Shown here: positions 8,097-19,300 of the stretch, piece after piece | Layout: the number at the start of each line of letters is the position of its first letter | Numbering within the stretch: position 1 is the stretch's first letter | IMG/VR virus record: IMGVR_UViG_3300014676_000001 | Location: 57,432-77,431 of that record | Length of the DNA stretch: 20,000 nt | Origin: an uncultured virus (IMG/VR IMGVR_UViG_3300014676_000001) | Taxonomy: Duplodnaviria > Heunggongvirae > Uroviricota > Caudoviricetes | Reading direction: 5' to 3' (one strand) | Notes under the pieces: generated by a model | What the model saw: the letters and a program-made list of their open reading frames with translations, nothing else | Told to the model about the DNA's origin: nothing | The model's database searches: none | Made by a program: the position numbers and the translations under genes

Positions 8097-8531
8097 ATGA
8101 CAGAGAAAGAAAAGCTGATCGCTCGGCTGAGTGAACTTGGTACTCAGCTTAACCGTGACGTAAGCACCAGCGGCACGATTCAGGAACTTACGATGCGTAT
8201 TGCTGAACTCGAAGAGGAGCTGGATGGCGACACTGATTCGGTTGACGGTGAAAACGGAGAACAAAATTCTTCCGACAGCGCCGACAGCGCCGACAGCGCC
8301 GACAGCGCCGACAACACCGGCAGTGATTTTGCTGATACGGAGAAAACAAAATCGGTAGTGACCACAACCGATGACCGGGTATCAGTTGAAACGTTGGCCA
8401 CACTGCATGTTGACGCGCTGCATGCCACGCGGAACGAAACGATATCCATCGTTGAGCCCGGTGTGATTATCCGCGTATCTGAACAGGATGCCGACGAGCT
8501 GATCGAGAAGGGGCTGGCTCGCGAAGTCTGA
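8097..8531 (+). CDS. FI: DNA packaging protein gpFI
   Basis: ATG 8097 after GGAG (8085-8088); KLIARLSELGTQLNRDVSTSGTIQELTMRIAELEEEL and LHVDALHATRNE are FI-like. Confidence 0.9.
   Translation: MTEKEKLIARLSELGTQLNRDVSTSGTIQELTMRIAELEEELDGDTDSVDGENGEQNSSDSADSADSADSADNTGSDFADTEKTKSVVTTTDDRVSVETLATLHVDALHATRNETISIVEPGVIIRVSEQDADELIEKGLAREV
8272..8325 (+). repeat. 9-bp in-frame tandem repeat (CCGACAGCG x4 plus 2 degenerate units)
   Basis: Perfect array 8272-8313; encodes DSADSADSADSAD in the FI linker. Confidence 0.97.
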
Positions 8532-8541
8532 AGGGGGGCGA

Positions 8542-8895
8542 ATGTCTGATTTCGATAACCTCTTTGATGAGGCCATGTCGCGTGCGGACGGCGCTATTCT
8601 CGGGGTGATGGGTACAGAGGCAAAGGTTATATCAGGTGCTTTATCAGGAACTACCCTGGTCGGCGTTTTCGATGATCCAGAAAACATTGGTTATGCCGGT
8701 GCGGGAGTACGTGTCGAAGGTACCAGCCCGACGCTGTTTGTGAATACGGCTGCGGTTAGCCAGTTGAAGCGTATGGACGCCCTGACAATTAACGGACGGT
8801 CATTCTGGGTTGATCGTATTGGTCCGGATGATTGCGGCTCCTGTCACATCTGGCTGGGTAATGGTTCACCGCCTGCTTCCTCGCGTCGCCGCTAA
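8542..8895 (+). CDS. FII: Head-tail joining protein gpFII
   Basis: 117 aa; MSDFDNLFDEAMSRAD..GVFDDPENI..FWVDRIGPDDCGSCHIWLG. Confidence 0.95.
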   Translation: MSDFDNLFDEAMSRADGAILGVMGTEAKVISGALSGTTLVGVFDDPENIGYAGAGVRVEGTSPTLFVNTAAVSQLKRMDALTINGRSFWVDRIGPDDCGSCHIWLGNGSPPASSRRR

Positions 8896-8904
8896 GGAGT
8901 GTTC

Positions 8905-9459
8905 ATGTCAATAAAAGGGCTTGAGCAGGCCATCGAAAACCTTAACAGCATCAGCCAAACGGCTGTCCCGCGTGCGTCGGCGCAGGCCGTTAACCGCGTA
9001 GCAAACCGGGCCGTCAGTCGCAGCGTGGCAGTCGTATCAAAAGACACCCGTGTACCGAGAAAACTGGTGAAGCAGCGCGCCAGGGTGAAGCGCGCGACGG
9101 TTAATAAACCACGTGCGCTTATCCGTGTAAACCGAGGCAATTTACCAGCCATAAAACTCGGTACCGCAAGTGTGCGCCTTTCACGCAGGAAACGGGACAA
9201 GAAGGGGGCAAACAGCGTTCTGCGTATCGGGCCTTTTCGTTTCCCTGGCGGTTTTATCCAGCAACTTAAAAACGGTCGCTGGCATGTCATGAGGCGAACG
9301 TCAAAACCCCGTTATCCCATTGAAGTGGTCAGTATCCCGCTGGCAGCTCCGTTAACCACAGCGTTTAAAGAAGAACTGCCGAAGCTCATGGAATCAGATA
9401 TGCCCAAAGAGCTCCGAGCCTCTCTCACCAACCAACTCAGGTTAATTCTGACACGATGA
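8905..9459 (+). CDS. Z: Tail completion protein gpZ
   Basis: ATG 8905 after AAGGAG; MSIKGLEQAIENL..VNRGNLPAIKLG..FIQQLKNGRWHVM; basic protein. Confidence 0.94.
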   Translation: MSIKGLEQAIENLNSISQTAVPRASAQAVNRVANRAVSRSVAVVSKDTRVPRKLVKQRARVKRATVNKPRALIRVNRGNLPAIKLGTASVRLSRRKRDKKGANSVLRIGPFRFPGGFIQQLKNGRWHVMRRTSKPRYPIEVVSIPLAAPLTTAFKEELPKLMESDMPKELRASLTNQLRLILTR

Positions 9460-9854
9460 AACACAGCGATATCCGCAAGGTAATAATTGACGCGCTTGAA
9501 GGCGCGATTGGTACTGGCGCTATTTATTTTGATGGTAGACCAGCAGTACTTGAAGAGGGGGATTTTCCGGCTATAGCCGTTTACCTGACAGACGCGGAAT
9601 ACACAGCGGAAGAGCTGGATGCCGATTGCTGGCAGGCCATTCTGCATATCGAAGTCTTTCTTGAGGCACAGGTGCCTGACTCTGAGCTGGATGACTGGAT
9701 GGAGACGCGAGTGTATCCGGTACTCGCAGAGGTTCCGGGGCTTGAATCCCTTATTACCACAATGGTTCAGCAGGGTTATGACTATCAGCGTGATGATGAT
9801 ATGGCGCTGTGGAGTTCTGCCGACCTGAAATATTCCATTACTTACGAAATGTGA
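9456..9854 (+). CDS. U: Tail terminator protein gpU
   Basis: [40 protein letters not shown]. Confidence 0.95.
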   Translation: MKHSDIRKVIIDALEGAIGTGAIYFDGRPAVLEEGDFPAIAVYLTDAEYTAEELDADCWQAILHIEVFLEAQVPDSELDDWMETRVYPVLAEVPGLESLITTMVQQGYDYQRDDDMALWSSADLKYSITYEM

Positions 9855-9861
9855 GGACCCT

Positions 9862-10599
9862 ATGGCCACACCAAATCCGCTGGCACCAACAAAAGGTGCT
9901 GGTACTACTCTCTGGGTTTACACCGGCACCGGAGACCCCTACGCCAATCCGCTTTCAGACGTTGGCTGGTTGCGGCTGGCAAAAATTAAAGACCTTCAGC
10001 CCGGAGAACTGACCGCAGAGTCAGAAGATGACACTTACATCGATGATGAGAATGCCGACTGGACATCAACGATGCAGGGGCAGAAATCAGCAGGTGAAAC
10101 CAACCTGACGCTCGCGTGGATGCCGGGAGATTCCGGCCAGCAAGACCTGGTGAACTGGTTTGATGAGGGCACCGTGAGGGGATATAAAATTAAATACCCA
10201 AATGGTGTTGTCGACGTCTTTAAGGGCTGGGTGAGCAGCCTCGGTAAAACCATTACTTCCAAAGAGGTCATGACCCGCACGGCCAAAATCACCAACAACG
10301 GCAAACCATCACTGGCAGAGGACAGTGGTACCGCGCCGATTGCTGTCACGGGGATCAGCCTGGATAAATCCACTGCGACTGTAGCGGTCGCGGCCACGAC
10401 GCAACTGGCGGTTTCTGTCCTTCCGGCCAGTGCGTCAGATAAATCCTTCCGTGTAGCCAGCTCAGATCCGACAAAAGCAACGGTCACCGTCAGCGGCAAT
10501 ACCCTGACCGTCACCGGCGTGGCGGCAGGCACCGTTGAAATCATCGTCATGAGCAATGACGGTAACTTTGTGGCGATCTGCAAAGTCACTGTTTCCTGA
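9862..10599 (+). CDS. V: Major tail tube protein gpV with C-terminal Ig-like domain
   Basis: [31 protein letters not shown]; Ig-like (Big_2-type) C-terminus [21 protein letters not shown]. Confidence 0.96.
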   Translation: MATPNPLAPTKGAGTTLWVYTGTGDPYANPLSDVGWLRLAKIKDLQPGELTAESEDDTYIDDENADWTSTMQGQKSAGETNLTLAWMPGDSGQQDLVNWFDEGTVRGYKIKYPNGVVDVFKGWVSSLGKTITSKEVMTRTAKITNNGKPSLAEDSGTAPIAVTGISLDKSTATVAVAATTQLAVSVLPASASDKSFRVASSDPTKATVTVSGNTLTVTGVAAGTVEIIVMSNDGNFVAICKVTVS

Positions 10600-10603
10600 T
10601 AAC

Positions 10604-10619
10604 CGGGGCGTGAGCCCCG
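10604..10619 (+). other. Stem-loop with GNRA tetraloop between V and G
   Basis: CGGGGC-GTGA-GCCCCG, followed by only three T. Confidence 0.6.
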
Positions 10620-10635
10620 TTTCCCCGGAGTTATT

Positions 10636-11058
10636 ATGTTTCTAAAGAGCGAACTGCTGGAAAGTAACGGTAGCAGTGTCACATTGTTCCAGCTGTCGGC
10701 GTTGCAACGTATTGAACACCTCGAATACCTGAAACAACTGGAAGCGGTAGAAGAGGGCGATTTTCAGGCGGCCATTACCCTCACTGTGAAGAGTGGAGCG
10801 TACCTCGTCGCAATGTCACTCTGGCACGGTCACCCACTGAAAGGTTCACTGGGAGAAAACGCGGCGGCGGAAGTGGTCAAAATTCAGGATGAAGTCATGC
10901 AGTCATGGCCGACTGAACTCATCGCCGAAGCCGAATATAAAGTGAAAATCCTGTCCGGCATGATTGCGCCTGTAACTGATGAGCAGGAAGAGCCGGGAGA
11001 AGAGCGTAAAGAGCACACAGAACCTGTTACTGCGGAAAAGCCCTCGCCAGTGAGCTGA
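10636..11058 (+). CDS. G: Tail assembly chaperone gpG
   Basis: 140 aa; MFLKSE..SVTLFQLSALQRIEHL..AYLVAMSLWH. Confidence 0.95.
   Translation: MFLKSELLESNGSSVTLFQLSALQRIEHLEYLKQLEAVEEGDFQAAITLTVKSGAYLVAMSLWHGHPLKGSLGENAAAEVVKIQDEVMQSWPTELIAEAEYKVKILSGMIAPVTDEQEEPGEERKEHTEPVTAEKPSPVS
11034..11040 (+). other. Predicted -1 ribosomal frameshift site producing gpGT
   Basis: G GAA AAG near the end of G. The -1 frame reads [22 protein letters not shown] without a stop, matching the gpT N-terminal region. Confidence 0.8.
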
Positions 11059-11387
11059 AATTTGCCATGAAACTGGCGCGTGAGTTCGGTCGCCCGGACT
11101 GGCGTGCCATGCTTGCTGGCATGTCCTCAACGGAGTACGGCGACTGGAAAATCTTCTACCAGGACAATTATTTTCATGATGCGCAACTGGATGCTCATTT
11201 CTCCGGTTTGCTCTACACCATCTCAACCCTGTTTTTTGCCGATCCGGAATTATCCCCGGACAGTTTCAGTATCCTTTCCCCTGCATTGGAAGCCATCGAC
11301 ATCGATGATCCGGATGACGATACGCTGATGGCGAAGGCTGAAGGTATTTCAGGAGGCGTGCGCTATGGCCCAGACGTCAGTCGGTGA
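11040..11387 (+). CDS. T: gpT region (C-terminal part of the gpGT frameshift product)
   Basis: [40 protein letters not shown]; in the -1 frame relative to G (first ATG at 11067). Confidence 0.92.
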   Translation, partial: ALASELKFAMKLAREFGRPDWRAMLAGMSSTEYGDWKIFYQDNYFHDAQLDAHFSGLLYTISTLFFADPELSPDSFSILSPALEAIDIDDPDDDTLMAKAEGISGGVRYGPDVSR

Positions 11388-13881
11388 TCTGGTCGTTAAC
11401 CTTGACGTTAACTCGACGAAGTTCAGCGAACAGCTCAACTACGTCAAAAAAGAATTAAAACAGACAGGAAACACGGCGAACGACGAAGCGTTACGTATCC
11501 AGCAGTCCTTCAGCCGTCAGGAGATCGCCGCACGTAAGGCGGGTATTTCAGTCGGCCAGTATACCGCAGCGATGCGTATGCTTCCGGCGCAGTTTACCGA
11601 TGTGGCCACGCAGCTGGCAGGTGGGCAGAATCCCTGGCTGATTCTGCTTCAGCAGGGTGGTCAGGTTAAGGACTCCTTTGGCGGGATCATACCGACATTC
11701 CGTGCGCTACTGGGGACTATTTCCCCGGTGATGGTGGGTATCGGTGCTTTGTCTATTGCAACAGGGGCTCTGTTCTATACCTGGTACCAGGGTTCTTCCA
11801 CACTGTCTGATTTCAACAAAACGCTGGTACTGTCGGGTAACACAGCCGGACTGACTGCCGACCGCATGCTCGTGCTGTCGCGAAACGGTCAGGCTGCGGG
11901 GCTGACGTTCAACCAGACAAGTGAAGCTCTGACGGAGCTTATTAATGCTGGCGTACGTACCGGCTCGCGCTTTGATGAAATGAGCCAGGCTGTGGCGCGT
12001 TTTACTGATGCCTCCGGCGTGCCGGTGGATAAGGTTGCTGCCGCCTACGGTAAGCTCGTAACAGACCCTACATCGGGCCTGATCGCGATGGCCCAGCAGT
12101 TTCACAACGTTACCGCAGAACAGATTGCGCATGTGGCGCAGTTACAGCGTGCCGGTGATGAGGCTGGCGCACTGCAAGCGGCTAACGAGGCCGCGACTGC
12201 CGGATTCAACGATCAGACCAAAGCCATCCGTGACAATATGGGATTGATTGAATCTTCAGCGGACTCCCTGAAGCGCGCCTTCAAGTCGATGTGGGATGCA
12301 GCACTTGATATAGGCCGTCCTGACACTGCGCAGGAGATGGTGGCAAAAGCTGAAGCAGCTTTCAAAAAGGCCGATGAAATCTGGAACCTGCGGAAGGGTG
12401 ACCGTTATGTGAACGACGAGGCACGTGCCAGGTTCTGGAATGATCGCGAAACGGCAAGACTGGCGCTGGATATGGCGCAGCAGCAGGCGGGTATTGCTAA
12501 AGCGAACGAGGAGAATGCCTCTCGTGAAGCAGCTGCGGAATCAGACCGTCAGAAATATGCCGCGCAGGCGCAGGCAAACTATGCCAAAACTCAGACAGCC
12601 CTGGAAAAATACACGGCGCGTCAGAATGAGCTTAACAAGGCGCTGAAAGAGGGCAGGATTCTTCAGGCTGACTACAACATCAACATGGCTGTAGCGAAAA
12701 AAGAGTATGAAGATACCCTTAAAAAGCCGAAGAAAACTTCTGCTGTCAGAACCCCTTCCGGTACCCGCGCGACCGACAACGCCAGTGCTCAGACTATGGC
12801 GCTGGAAGCACAACTGCGCACCCTTCAGGAGCACAAGGGTATAAATGACACCATCAGTCAGCAGCGCCAGGAGCTCTGGCGTCAGCAGTCGCGTTTTGCC
12901 GTTCTGGAAGAGGCTGCCAAAACAAGGACTCTTTCAGCAGAAGAGAAATCCCTGCTGGCCAGCAAGAGTGAAGTGCTTTCCCGGGCAGAACTGAATGCGA
13001 AGCTCGGTGATCAGATTGTGGCGCAGGAGCGGCTTAACCGGCTACAGGACACATCACAGAAGTACGTGACCCAAATCGGGGAGAAAACTCGCGCCCTGGC
13101 GGAAAGTGCTGGCATGAGTAGTCGTGCAGCACAGCGACGCAATGAAGAGGCCCAGCTTCTTCAGGGATGGAAAAATGGTGGTGGATCTGAAAAAGATGCC
13201 GGTTATCAGAAAGAGCTACAGGCACTGCATGCGTATTACGCAGAGCAGGATAAGCAGCGAGACGACTGGCAGTCCGGGGCAAAATCCGCATGGGCAGATT
13301 ATGTTGATTCTGCTTCTGATGCTTATGGCCAGATGAAGTCGTTTGCCAGCAGTACGTTTGATGGCATCGGGCAGAATATGGCTGACATGCTGACACGCGG
13401 AAAGGCTGACTGGGCTGACTTTACCCGCTCCACACTCTCTATGCTGACGCAGATTCTGATGAAGCAGGCGATGGTCGGCCTGGTGGATTCAGCCACGACG
13501 GCACTGGGGTTTGCAGGTGGAGGTTATACCGGTTCAGGCGGGAAATATGAGCCAGCTGGCGTTGTTCACCGTGGGGAATTTGTTTTCACCAAAGAGGCAA
13601 CCAGCCGGATCGGTGTCGGCAATCTCTACAAAATGATGAAGGGTTATGCCAGTGGCGGCTATGTGGGTGGAGGTTCATCTGCTGGCGTCGGTGCGCCGTT
13701 CGGTGTCAGTGTTTATGCTCCGGTGACGGTCGAGAATGCCTCCGGTGACGCACAGCAGCAAAACGACGGTAACAGACTGGGTAAGGCATACCAGCAGGTG
13801 ATTAACAAATCTGTTAACGAGGGCATTGCTAAGGCTATCCAGCCCGGTGGGCTTATCTGGAATGCGAACAATCGCAGGTAA
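11365..13881 (+). CDS. H: Tape measure protein gpH, 838 aa
   Basis: [71 protein letters not shown]; helical and Ala-rich. Confidence 0.97.
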   Translation: MAQTSVGDLVVNLDVNSTKFSEQLNYVKKELKQTGNTANDEALRIQQSFSRQEIAARKAGISVGQYTAAMRMLPAQFTDVATQLAGGQNPWLILLQQGGQVKDSFGGIIPTFRALLGTISPVMVGIGALSIATGALFYTWYQGSSTLSDFNKTLVLSGNTAGLTADRMLVLSRNGQAAGLTFNQTSEALTELINAGVRTGSRFDEMSQAVARFTDASGVPVDKVAAAYGKLVTDPTSGLIAMAQQFHNVTAEQIAHVAQLQRAGDEAGALQAANEAATAGFNDQTKAIRDNMGLIESSADSLKRAFKSMWDAALDIGRPDTAQEMVAKAEAAFKKADEIWNLRKGDRYVNDEARARFWNDRETARLALDMAQQQAGIAKANEENASREAAAESDRQKYAAQAQANYAKTQTALEKYTARQNELNKALKEGRILQADYNINMAVAKKEYEDTLKKPKKTSAVRTPSGTRATDNASAQTMALEAQLRTLQEHKGINDTISQQRQELWRQQSRFAVLEEAAKTRTLSAEEKSLLASKSEVLSRAELNAKLGDQIVAQERLNRLQDTSQKYVTQIGEKTRALAESAGMSSRAAQRRNEEAQLLQGWKNGGGSEKDAGYQKELQALHAYYAEQDKQRDDWQSGAKSAWADYVDSASDAYGQMKSFASSTFDGIGQNMADMLTRGKADWADFTRSTLSMLTQILMKQAMVGLVDSATTALGFAGGGYTGSGGKYEPAGVVHRGEFVFTKEATSRIGVGNLYKMMKGYASGGYVGGGSSAGVGAPFGVSVYAPVTVENASGDAQQQNDGNRLGKAYQQVINKSVNEGIAKAIQPGGLIWNANNRR

Positions 13882-13886
13882 ACGTT

Positions 13887-14234
13887 ATGACGATAGAGAC
13901 TTTTTCCTGGAGCGTTAAGGTCTCCAGCCAGCCCACTGAGGGAAGTAAAGACACGATCAGAAAGGTCCAGTTCGGGGACGGGTACGCCCAGGTGAGCGGA
14001 TCAGGACTGAATGATGAGATTCGCACCTATGAGTATTCCTTTTCGGGAGATCCAAATACCGCGAATGAAATTCATGCCTTTCTTCGCCGACACAAGGTGA
14101 AGTCGTTTATTTTCACTCCGCCTTTCGGCGATATGGCGCTGTGGAGAGTTGAAGCCAATAGCCTCAAAAAGGTGGTTAAAAACGTAAAAGTGATAACCGT
14201 AACTGCAACGTTTGAACAGGCATTCGCACCATGA
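13887..14234 (+). CDS. M: Distal tail protein gpM
   Basis: IETFSW..RKVQFGDGYAQ..GLN..FLRRH..SFIFTPP..TATFEQ. Confidence 0.93.
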   Translation: MTIETFSWSVKVSSQPTEGSKDTIRKVQFGDGYAQVSGSGLNDEIRTYEYSFSGDPNTANEIHAFLRRHKVKSFIFTPPFGDMALWRVEANSLKKVVKNVKVITVTATFEQAFAP

Positions 14235-14986
14235 GTCTTAATGCTGATTATCAGAAACTTGAGCCGGGCAATGAAGTCCGGTTTTTTTCTGTCGATGGAA
14301 CGGCGTTTGGCATGCCAGATGTGCTCCGTTTCCACGCCCATACTCTCGCGCACACCCCGGAAGAAATTGAAGCCGCTGGCGGGGATGAGAATAAACTTCC
14401 GGCTAAGTCCATCTGGTGGCAGGGGGAGGAGTATAAAGCCTGGCCGTGTCAGGTTGAGGGTATTGAGGCGACCACGGACGGTACCAGCCCTCAGCCGAAA
14501 CTGACGGTGGCGAATCTGGACAGCTCCATCTCAGCGCTCTGTCTGGCGTATGACGATTTGCTACAGGCGAAAGTCAGTATCCATGACACTATGGCGCAGT
14601 ATCTGGATGCCCGAAACTTTCCGCAGGGCAATCCCACAGCTGACCCCTCACAGGAAAAGCTGAAGGTCTTTTATATCGATGCCAGAAGCACCGAGACGGA
14701 TGAGGAAGTGGAATTTATCCTTTCCAGCCCGATGGCCTTGCAGGGCCAGATGATACCGACACGGCAGTTGCATTCTTTATGCACCTGGTGCATCCGAAAC
14801 AAGTACCGAACCGGCGATGGCTGTGATTATGCCGGAACGCGCTATTTCGATAAGCACAATAATCCGGTTGACGATCCTTCGCTGGACGAATGCAACGGCA
14901 CGCTGACGGCCTGCGAGCTCCGGCACGGAGACGGCAACGAACTGCCGTTCGGTGGCTTCCCCGGTACATCCCTCATCAGGAGCTGA
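14231..14986 (+). CDS. L: Tail tip protein gpL (Fe-S binding C-terminus)
   Basis: IWWQGEEYKAWP, PKLTVAN, Cys cluster CTW..GCDY..DECNGTLTAC, FGGFP. Confidence 0.94.
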   Translation: MSLNADYQKLEPGNEVRFFSVDGTAFGMPDVLRFHAHTLAHTPEEIEAAGGDENKLPAKSIWWQGEEYKAWPCQVEGIEATTDGTSPQPKLTVANLDSSISALCLAYDDLLQAKVSIHDTMAQYLDARNFPQGNPTADPSQEKLKVFYIDARSTETDEEVEFILSSPMALQGQMIPTRQLHSLCTWCIRNKYRTGDGCDYAGTRYFDKHNNPVDDPSLDECNGTLTACELRHGDGNELPFGGFPGTSLIRS

Positions 14987-14987
14987 T

Positions 14988-15719
14988 ATGCGTCAGAAAA
15001 CTATAAACGCCATCATGGCGCACGCCGCAGCGGAATATCCGCGCGAGTGCTGCGGTGTAGTGGCGCAGAAAAGCCGGGTAGAGCGCTATTTCCCCTGCCG
15101 AAACCTCTCAGCAGAGCCGACTGAGCATTTTCACCTCTCACCTGAAGATTACGCCGCCGCAGAAGACTGGGGAACGGTGGTGGCCATTGTGCACAGCCAT
15201 CCTGATGCGACAACGCACGCCAGTGAGCTGGATAAGGCGCAGTGTGATGCAACGCTTCTGCCCTGGCATATCGTGAGCTGGCCAGAGGGGGATTTACGCA
15301 CTATTCAGCCGCGCGGGGAGTTGCCGTTGCTGGAGCGACCGTTTGTGCTGGGCCATTTCGATTGCTGGGGCCTGGTAATGAGCTACTTCCGGCAGACCCA
15401 CGGTATCGAGCTCCACGATTACCGCGTCGACTATCCCTGGTGGGAGAACGGCTACCCTGAAAACTTCTACCAGGACTGCTGGTACGAATGCGGATTCAGG
15501 GAGTTTGAAGGACCACCTCAGGAAGGTGATCTGGTCATCATGCAGGTACAGGCCGACAAGTGGAATCACGCGGGGATTTTACTGGAGGGTAATATGCTTC
15601 TGCACCATCTGTACGGTCATCTGAGCCAGCGTGTGCCGTATGGCGGATACTGGCAGGAGCGCACAATGAAAATAGTCCGTTATAAAGATGTCGGAGGCGG
15701 TGAAACATGCAGGAAGTAA
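14988..15719 (+). CDS. K: Tail tip assembly protein gpK (JAB/MPN plus NlpC/P60 domains)
   Basis: ATG 14988 after AGGAG; PRECCG, VHSHP, DCWGLV, NHAGI motifs. Confidence 0.93.
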   Translation: MRQKTINAIMAHAAAEYPRECCGVVAQKSRVERYFPCRNLSAEPTEHFHLSPEDYAAAEDWGTVVAIVHSHPDATTHASELDKAQCDATLLPWHIVSWPEGDLRTIQPRGELPLLERPFVLGHFDCWGLVMSYFRQTHGIELHDYRVDYPWWENGYPENFYQDCWYECGFREFEGPPQEGDLVIMQVQADKWNHAGILLEGNMLLHHLYGHLSQRVPYGGYWQERTMKIVRYKDVGGGETCRK

Positions 15720-16297
15720 TGAGCCGTATCGAGCTTGGTGCAGAGCTGGGAAAAACGTTTGGTAAAGTTCACTACCGCCTGATTTCTCGTGTGAGTGAGG
15801 CGGGAGTTGCACTGGCAAAGACCATACCGGGGTTTGAGCAGTTTATGATTTCCAGCCAGCGCCGTGGGCTCACTTATTCAGTGTTTAAAGGTAAAAAAAA
15901 TATCGGTGTGGATGACCTTGGCTTTCCGGTTACCGGCGATGTTATCCGCATTGTTCCGGTGATTATCGGGAGTAAAAAAGCCGGTGTATTACAGACCATT
16001 TTAGGTGCGGTTCTGGTTGCTGTAGGGGCAGTGCTTAATTTCACACCCTGGGCCGCTGCATCTCCATTCTTCTACAAATTTGGTGCTGCGGTCATGCTGG
16101 GCGGCGTTGTCCAGATGCTTTCCCCTCAACCAGGGGGCCTGGCCAGCAAACAAAGCTCAGATAACCGGGCCTCATACGCGTTCGGTGGCGTCACAAACAC
16201 CGCAGCGCAGGGCTACCCGGTACCGCTTCTTTACGGTCGCCGACGAATTGGCGGCGCGATTATTTCTGCCGGAATTTACGTCGAAGATCAGCAGTAA
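15707..16297 (+). CDS. I: Tail tip assembly protein gpI
   Basis: LGKTFG, IRIVPVIIGSKKAGVLQTILGAVLVAVG, NTAAQGYPVPLLYG. Confidence 0.94.
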   Translation: MQEVMSRIELGAELGKTFGKVHYRLISRVSEAGVALAKTIPGFEQFMISSQRRGLTYSVFKGKKNIGVDDLGFPVTGDVIRIVPVIIGSKKAGVLQTILGAVLVAVGAVLNFTPWAAASPFFYKFGAAVMLGGVVQMLSPQPGGLASKQSSDNRASYAFGGVTNTAAQGYPVPLLYGRRRIGGAIISAGIYVEDQQ

Positions 16298-16311
16298 ATG
16301 AAACTTCTTTC

Positions 16312-16336
16312 AGGCCACCTCAGGGTGGCTTTTTTT
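16312..16336 (+). terminator. Intrinsic terminator between I and J
   Basis: GCCACC-TCAG-GGTGGC followed by T7. Confidence 0.8.
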
Positions 16337-16347
16337 ATGGGCGCGAT

Positions 16348-19300
16348 ATGGCTATCTCAACTCCGATTAGAGGCCGCAAGGGCGGCAGTTCCAGTTCCCG
16401 GACCCCTACCGAACAGCCTGACGATCTCCAGTCCGTAGCAAAGGCCAAAATTCTTGTTGCGCTGGGCGAGGGCGAGTTTGCCGGGCAGCTAACAGCTAAA
16501 GATATCTACCTTGATGGCACGCCACTTGAGAACGCAGACGGATCGCAAAACTTCAGTGGCGTGGCCTGGGAGTTTCGTCCGGGGACTCAGGCGCAAAAAT
16601 ACATTCAGGGTATCCCCGGTACCGAAAATGAAATCAGCGTGGGTACCGAAGTTTCAAGTACCACCGCCTGGACACACACTTTTACCAACACTTTACTCTC
16701 AGCCGTTCGCCTGCGGCTCAAATGGCCGTCGCTTTTTAAACAGGAAGACGACGGCGATCTGGTCGGGAATTCAATCAACTACGCTGTTGATTTGCAGACG
16801 GATGGCGGCACCTGGCAGACGGTGCTTAATACCAGCGTAACCGGCAAGACTACCTCCGGCTATGAACGCAGCCATCGTATCGACTTACCGCAGGCCGGAA
16901 GCACCTGGACAGTGCGCCTGCGAAAGCTTACTCCAGATGCCAATAGCGCGAAAATTGGCGATACGATGACGCTGGAGAGCTATACAGAGGTTATTGACGC
17001 CAAATTGCGTTATCCAAATACAGCACTGCTGTATATCGAATTTGACTCCAGCCAGTTTAATGGTTCTATCCCGCAGATAGCCTGCGAACCGCGAGGGCGT
17101 GTTATCCGTGTACCGGATACGTATGACCCGGAAACCCGCACCTATAGCGGAACCTGGCTGGGAGCGTTTAAATGGGCGTGGACAGACAATCCGGCCTGGA
17201 TTTTTTATGATCTGGTGGTCAGTGACCGCTTTGGGCTTGGCAACCGGCTGTCTGCGGCAAATATTGATAAATGGACCCTTTACCAGGTTGCCCAGTATTG
17301 CGATCAGCCAGTACCGGACGGGAAAGGCGGTTCCGGAACCGAACCCCGCTATACGTGTAACGTTTATGTGCAGGAGAGAAATGACGCCTATACCGTTTTA
17401 CGTGATTTTGCGGCCATATTCCGTGGCATGACGTACTGGGGTGGCGATCAAATCGTTGCCCTGGCCGATATGCCCCGTGATGTGGACTACAGCTACACGC
17501 GCGCAAACGTTGTTGACGGGCGCCTTACCTATTCTGGTAGCACAACGAATAACCGCTATACCACAGCACTGGTTTCCTGGTCCGATCCGGGAAATGCCTA
17601 CGCAGACGCGATGGAGCCTGTATTTGAACAGGAGCTCGTGGCTCGCTTTGGAACAAACCAGCTCGAAATGACAGCCATCGGCTGCACCCGCCAGTCAGAG
17701 GCAAACCGCAAGGGGCGCTGGGGTATTCTGACCAATAACAAGGATCGTATCGTATCGTTCAGCGTTGGTCTGGATGGCAGGATTCCACAGCCTGGCCATA
17801 TCATAGCGGTTGCCGATGAGCTGTTATCCGGAAAGGTTATGGGAGGCCGCATCAGCGCCGTTAACGGTCGCGTTATCACTCTCGATCGTAATTCGGCAGC
17901 TGCTCCCGGCAGTCGCCTTATGGTTAACCTGCCGTCAGGTGCATCGCAGAGTAGAACGATACAGAGCGTTAACGGTCGGGCAGTCACCGTAACCACGGCA
18001 TACAGCGAAACCCCGGCAGTGGAATCGGTGTGGATAGTCGAATCCGATGAGCTGTATGCACAGCAATATCGTGTTATCAGCGTCACAGATAATAATGACG
18101 GAACGTTTTCGATTTCTGGCGCTATGCACGATCCGGATAAGTATGCACGTATTGATACCGGCGCCATTATCGACCAGCGGCCAATAAGTGTTATTCCTCC
18201 AGGTAACCAGTCCCCCCCATCTAACATCGTGATCAGCTCATTCTCTGTGGTTCAGCAGAATGTGAGTGTTCAGACCATGCGCGTCAGCTGGGACCAGGCC
18301 AAGAATGCCATCGCCTATGAAGCACAGTGGCGCCGGAACGACGGGAACTGGGTTAATGTGCCGCGCAGCTCCACCACATCATTCGACGTTCCGGGGATTT
18401 ACGCAGGACGATACCTGGTGCGCGTGCGTGCCATCAATGCTGCTGAAATATCATCCGGGTGGGGATATTCGGAGGAAAAAACACTTACGGGCAAAGATGG
18501 AAATCCACCTAAGCCGGTGGGCTTCACTGCTTCTGAAAACGTGGTATTCGGTATCGAACTGAACTGGGGATTCCCGGCGAACACCGACGACACTCTGAAG
18601 ACGGAAATTCAGTACAGTCTGACCGGCACCGAAGACGATGCGATATTGTTGGCTGATGTGCCTTACCCACAACGCAAGTATCAGCAGATGGGCCTTAAGG
18701 CTGGGCAGATTTTCTGGTACCGGGCGCAGCTGGTAGATCGAAGCGGAAACGAATCAGGGTATACAGACTTTGTTCGCGGACAGGCCAGCATCGATGTATC
18801 CGATACCACCGATGCAATCCTGGAGGACATGAAAGGCTCCGATACGTTCAAAGACCTGATCGAGAACGCGGTGGACAGCAATGAAAAAATTGCTGGCATG
18901 GCTGACGACATTAAACAGGCCAACGACGAACTGGCGCAACAGGCGCAGGAAATCGCCAAAAACGCCCAGGATATCTGGAAGGTTCAGACCAGCGTTACAA
19001 ACCTGTCGAGCACGGTCGGAGATGTGTCTTCTTCTCTGAGCAAGCTTGAGCAGACAGTGGCGACGGCTGATACCGCGCTGGGCCAGCGCATCGATAACAT
19101 CAGCGTGTCTGTGGACGGCATGGCGGGGGGAGTGAAGAACTCCGCTATCGCGATTATTCAGGGCAACCTGGCGCAGGTGGCCGCGCGCAAAACGCTGTCG
19201 GCATCGGTCGCCGGTAACAGTGCGCAGCTGGATCGCATTGATGAGGTGATCGTCAACGAGAAGGAGGCAACGGCGCGTTCGCTGCTGAGTGTGCAGACTG

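Noticed and set aside
10035..10682. 215-aa minus-strand ORF, and similar ones at 4810-5313, 9312-9869, 17598-18227 and 18754-19410
   Set aside because: Antisense shadows of well-supported structural genes with no recognisable motifs.
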